From an uncultured virus (IMG/VR IMGVR_UViG_3300032163_000924) (lineage: Duplodnaviria; Heunggongvirae; Uroviricota; Caudoviricetes), in IMG/VR virus record IMGVR_UViG_3300032163_000924: a DNA stretch of 20,000 nt; one strand, 5' to 3'. Position 1 is the stretch's first letter; every line of letters starts with the position of its first letter. A program made the position numbers and the translations under genes. Under the pieces are notes generated by a model that saw nothing but the letters and a program-made list of their open reading frames with translations, was not told the DNA's origin and did not search any database. Below are positions 17,023 through 20,000 of this stretch, in pieces.

Positions 17023-17505
17023 ATGATATCAATGATAGTAGCTATAGCGCATAACAGGGTAATTGGAAAGAATAACATATTGCCATGGAGAATACCTGAA
17101 GATCTAAAATGGTTTAAAGATAATACTATCAACAAGCCGGTGATAATGGGAAGAAAAACACATGAAAGTATAGGCAAGATTTTAAAAAATAGAGATAATT
17201 TAATATTAACTACTAATAAAAATTATAAATCGCCATACGGAGCTACTGGCATTTATACTGACTTGGATCATGCATTTATTGATTGTGGGGATGCCGAAGA
17301 GGTAATGATAATAGGTGGTGCTCAAATATACAAAGAATTAATGCCAGGCGCTAAAAGACTATATATTACTCGTATAGATGAATTTATAGATGGAGATGCT
17401 TTTTTCCCAGAAATTGATAATTCTTGGAAAATGGTGTATAATAGAGAGGGTAAAGACAATACGCAATTCAAATATAGTTTTAATATATTTGAGAGGAGTT
17501 TTTAG
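17023..17505 (+). CDS. folA: dihydrofolate reductase
   Basis: VIGKNNILPWRIPEDLKWFK, VIMGRKTHESIG, L.NRDN, IIGGAQIY and GDAFFP. Directly follows thyA. Confidence 0.96.
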   Translation: MISMIVAIAHNRVIGKNNILPWRIPEDLKWFKDNTINKPVIMGRKTHESIGKILKNRDNLILTTNKNYKSPYGATGIYTDLDHAFIDCGDAEEVMIIGGAQIYKELMPGAKRLYITRIDEFIDGDAFFPEIDNSWKMVYNREGKDNTQFKYSFNIFERSF

Positions 17506-18251
17506 TGAGTTTTTTCGATGTATTTAATAATTTCTTTAATAAATCAAAGCAAGTTGTTGTAGATAATAAGTCGTCATTGCAGCCCACTCAGGTAGTAACA
17601 TCACAACCGATCACACCGCCACTAATAGATATACTATTAGATCTTATGAAAGTTGAATTTTTAGAATCACCTAATAAATCAGAACGCAAGGATGAGATTA
17701 GAGGTATAGTATTACATCACACTGGTCCCGGAAGCATAAAGGCTATTGTTAATTGGTTAAGAGATCCGGCAGCAAAAGCAGCAGCACACTATGTTGTTGG
17801 TACAGGAGCAGAGCTGATACAGCTTGTTAATACCTCTAAAGCTGCTTGGCATGCTGGAACGAGTAGTGCATTATTGGATGGTAAGGTTAGAGATAATCTA
17901 AATAATTGTACAATAGGTATAGAGATATGTAATGTTGGAGTTCTGACTAAAGATCAGAATGGGAAATTTCATTACGAAGATGGAAGAAATACTGTAGAGT
18001 GGAAGGGTACAACACCGATAGTGGGTAAGATTATTTATCCAAGCGGCCACGAGTTAGTAGGATATTTTCCTCCATACCCACAAATACAAATTGATAAAGT
18101 AGTTGAACTATGCAAATCTTTAATAGCAAAATACCCACAGATAGGTAAAGAGGATATATTAACTCATTATGGTATAGCAACGCCAGAAGGTAGAAAGAAT
18201 GATCCATTTGGATTGGATATTGAGATGATTAAAAACAAAATTTTTAGTTAA
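17505..18251 (+). CDS. N-acetylmuramoyl-L-alanine amidase (Amidase_2/AmpD-like), GTG start
   Basis: SPNKSER, IVLHHT, AAHYVV, AWHAG, N..TIGIEI.N, Q...V..L, ILTH and RKNDP (His/His/Asp zinc ligands). GAGGAG RBS upstream. Confidence 0.9.
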   Translation: MSFFDVFNNFFNKSKQVVVDNKSSLQPTQVVTSQPITPPLIDILLDLMKVEFLESPNKSERKDEIRGIVLHHTGPGSIKAIVNWLRDPAAKAAAHYVVGTGAELIQLVNTSKAAWHAGTSSALLDGKVRDNLNNCTIGIEICNVGVLTKDQNGKFHYEDGRNTVEWKGTTPIVGKIIYPSGHELVGYFPPYPQIQIDKVVELCKSLIAKYPQIGKEDILTHYGIATPEGRKNDPFGLDIEMIKNKIFS

Positions 18252-18277
18252 TTATTAGTGCTTGTGGTGTATATAAT

Positions 18278-18805
18278 ATGGGGCGAGGATCAATGATAAA
18301 AGCACTTTTACTGGATAGAAACTATATGGCCATATCTATAGTCACATGGAAAAGAGCAATGATATTGATGGCTAGAGAAAAGGCAGAAATCATTAGTAAA
18401 AGTAGTAAATCGGTTACAAGTGCATCTGGTAAAAAGTTTATTATACCATCTATATTGAGGCTTTTAATAGTAGTTCCGTTCAGGGCGTATAGTAATAGAA
18501 TGAAGTTTAATCGAAAGAATGTATTGATAAGAGATAATTATAAGTGTCAATATTGCGATGATGATTTAAGCAAGAAAGGCGGAACAATTGATCATGTGGT
18601 TCCTAGATCAAAAGGTGGCGCAAATGATTATTTAAATTGTGTAGCTTGTTGTAAAAAGTGTAATAATATAAAGGGAAATAATATCCCAAGTGATATGGGA
18701 ATGTTATTAAGAAAGCAACCGAGAAAACCATCATTCATTTCTTTATATAGAAATTTTATAGATGAAATTCCTAGCGACTGGGCTGATTATATTATAGGTA
18801 TATAA
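18278..18805 (+). CDS. HNH endonuclease family protein; start may be ATG 18293
   Basis: ALLLD..Y..ISIVTWKRA, PSILRL, FNRKNVLIRDNYKCQYC and TIDHVVPRSKGG...NCVACCKKCNNIKGN. Confidence 0.9.
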   Translation: MGRGSMIKALLLDRNYMAISIVTWKRAMILMAREKAEIISKSSKSVTSASGKKFIIPSILRLLIVVPFRAYSNRMKFNRKNVLIRDNYKCQYCDDDLSKKGGTIDHVVPRSKGGANDYLNCVACCKKCNNIKGNNIPSDMGMLLRKQPRKPSFISLYRNFIDEIPSDWADYIIGI

Positions 18806-18988
18806 ATGCAAATCGATTTTGAGGATGGAAGTTTTATTATGTTTGAATACGATGAAAAGAAGCATTTAGATATAATAATGTGTGGAAAAAAAGATGAAAA
18901 CAAGGTTGTTATGTCATCTTCTTCGCTCACTAAAGAGCAAGTTAAGTTAGTTGCTGACTTTTTTAATAAATGTTTGGCAATAAAGTAA
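18806..18988 (+). CDS. hypothetical protein, 60 aa
   Basis: Starts immediately after the HNH stop codon on the same strand. Confidence 0.6.
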   Translation: MQIDFEDGSFIMFEYDEKKHLDIIMCGKKDENKVVMSSSSLTKEQVKLVADFFNKCLAIK

Positions 18989-19013
18989 TATTTTAATTAT
19001 GCATTAAGCATAT

Positions 19014-19220
19014 ATGGAGAGAAAGAAAATGAGTAAGAATTTTAAGCAAGGAGAAGTTTGGAGTCGTGATGAAGTACAGAAATTACGTCAGGTATTTGGT
19101 AATACGTCAAATACTCAAGTAGCAACAGTACTTAATCGTACCCCAAAAGCTGTAGAAAGAAAGGCTTCAAAATTAGGATTATCAAAGACTAAGCGTTACC
19201 TACGAACAATTGGTCGCTAA
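19014..19220 (+). CDS. small basic Myb/SANT-like helix-turn-helix protein; start probably ATG 19029
   Basis: WSRDEVQKLRQ...SNTQVATVLNRTPKAVERKASKLGL fits the W-[ST]-x-x-E...L...A..L.R[TS]..AV pattern. GGAG at 19016-19019 precedes ATG 19029. Confidence 0.7.
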   Translation: MERKKMSKNFKQGEVWSRDEVQKLRQVFGNTSNTQVATVLNRTPKAVERKASKLGLSKTKRYLRTIGR

Positions 19221-19231
19221 TCAATCAAAAC

Positions 19232-19261
19232 GGAGAGCGTGAAGCGCTCTCCAATTTTTTT
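19232..19261 (+). terminator. intrinsic (Rho-independent) terminator
   Basis: Perfect 8-bp stem GGAGAGCG (19232-19239) / CGCTCTCC (19245-19252) with loop TGAAG, followed by AATTTTTTT. Confidence 0.8.
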
Positions 19262-19279
19262 GCCTAATCAGAGGGAATA

Positions 19280-20000
19280 ATGAGTAAGTTAAGCAATTCC
19301 GAAATAGCATTTACATTTGACGATTTTGTATTAATACCACAGCATTCTAATGTTAGATCTCGTAAGGATCCAGATGTTTCTGTAAGCCTCCCAGGTCTAT
19401 CATTAGAAATTCCCATAATTTCCTCTCCTATGAATACTGTTACCGAAGAAGATATGATATTGGCTATGCGCAGTATGGGTGCTGGTGCTGTTTTGCATCG
19501 GTATATGTCCATCGAAGATCAAATAAAGAAATGCGAAAGATTACAAGATACTGTTGCAACTAATAACTTGGAAGCCACTTATTTCGTAGCCATAGGTGCC
19601 ACAGGTGATTTTGTAGAAAGGGCCTTAGAACTTACAAAAGTCGGAGTGTATAATTTTTGTATAGACGTGGCTAATGGTCATAATCAAAATTGCATTGATG
19701 CCATCAAAACAATAAAAGATAAAATACCAAAAGCCAAAATTATGGCTGGTAATGTAAGTACTTATGATGGGGCTTATATGTTGGCTCAAGCTGGAGCCAG
19801 TTCTATTAGAGTGGGTATTGGATCTGGGTGTTTTCAGGCCGACACTAGGATTTTGATGTCCAACGGAACTTATAAAAATATTGATAAAATACAAAGTGGT
19901 GATATGGTGATAAATAAGGACGGCAATCCAGTTCGGGTCATCAAAGCATGGTGTACTGGGATACGAAAGGTTATCCGATTAAGACATACACAATTTTATA
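19280..20000 (+). CDS. IMP dehydrogenase / GMP reductase family protein without CBS domains, intein-containing; runs off the window (not in ORF track)
   Basis: Hand translation from ATG 19280 gives FTFDDFVLIP, IPIISSPMNTVTE, VLHRYM, VAIG, CIDVANGH, IMAGNV and IRVGIGSG, then intein sequence. No stop before base 20000. guaB and guaC cannot be separated without the C-terminus. Confidence 0.92.
   Translation, partial: MSKLSNSEIAFTFDDFVLIPQHSNVRSRKDPDVSVSLPGLSLEIPIISSPMNTVTEEDMILAMRSMGAGAVLHRYMSIEDQIKKCERLQDTVATNNLEATYFVAIGATGDFVERALELTKVGVYNFCIDVANGHNQNCIDAIKTIKDKIPKAKIMAGNVSTYDGAYMLAQAGASSIRVGIGSGCFQADTRILMSNGTYKNIDKIQSGDMVINKDGNPVRVIKAWCTGIRKVIRLRHTQFY
19829..20000 (+). mobile_element. intein N-terminal splicing region (truncated by the window end)
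   Basis: After GIGSG the frame reads CFQADTRILMSNGTYKNIDKIQSGDMVINKDG, a typical intein block A, instead of the expected S-x-C-T-T catalytic loop. Confidence 0.9.

Noticed and set aside
18278..18805. HNH protein as a Cas9/IscB-like or defence effector
   Set aside because: It is only 175 aa with no RuvC motifs or adjacent ncRNA space, and it matches the common stand-alone HNH family.
1018..19894. Minus-strand ORFs in the track (e.g. 1018-1308, 2094-2378, 5902-6210, 8491-8772, 11012-11320, 19264-19512, 19625-19894)
   Set aside because: All are antisense shadows of well-supported + strand genes and show no recognisable motifs.
1..20000. CRISPR array, tRNA, rRNA, group I/II intron or reverse-transcriptase system
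   Set aside because: No spaced direct repeats or cloverleaf-like segments were seen, intergenic gaps are too short, thyA and nrdJ are uninterrupted, and no RT motifs are present.

Overview
AT-rich, densely packed window with every credible gene on the + strand, many joined by ATGA stop/start overlaps. The content (nucleotide-supply enzymes, free-standing endonucleases, two inteins, short orphans, no ribosomal or core cell genes) fits a large or jumbo bacteriophage best; this is an inference. From left to right: (1) the end of a prkA/yeaG - yeaH/yhbH - spoVR/ycgB triad, interrupted by orphans and a repeat-array endonuclease, with a LAGLIDADG intein in SpoVR; (2) a coupled cassette of a YspA-like SLOG protein, a stand-alone diadenylate cyclase and a compact sigma-70 factor; (3) a nucleotide block (class II RNR, dut, PIN-PhoH, RNase HII, tmk, thyA, folA) with a second repeat-array endonuclease; (4) amidase, HNH protein, small Myb-like HTH protein and a terminator; (5) the start of an IMPDH/GMP reductase gene with a second intein. 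Two signals stand out. First, the two endonucleases share an 88%-identical PD-(D/E)xK domain but carry unrelated four-unit N-terminal repeat arrays, suggesting domain-swapped retargeting. Second, a candidate phage dormancy/c-di-AMP signalling module (PrkA-YeaH-SpoVR, SLOG, DAC, sigma). All family calls come from motif recognition by eye; no searches were run.
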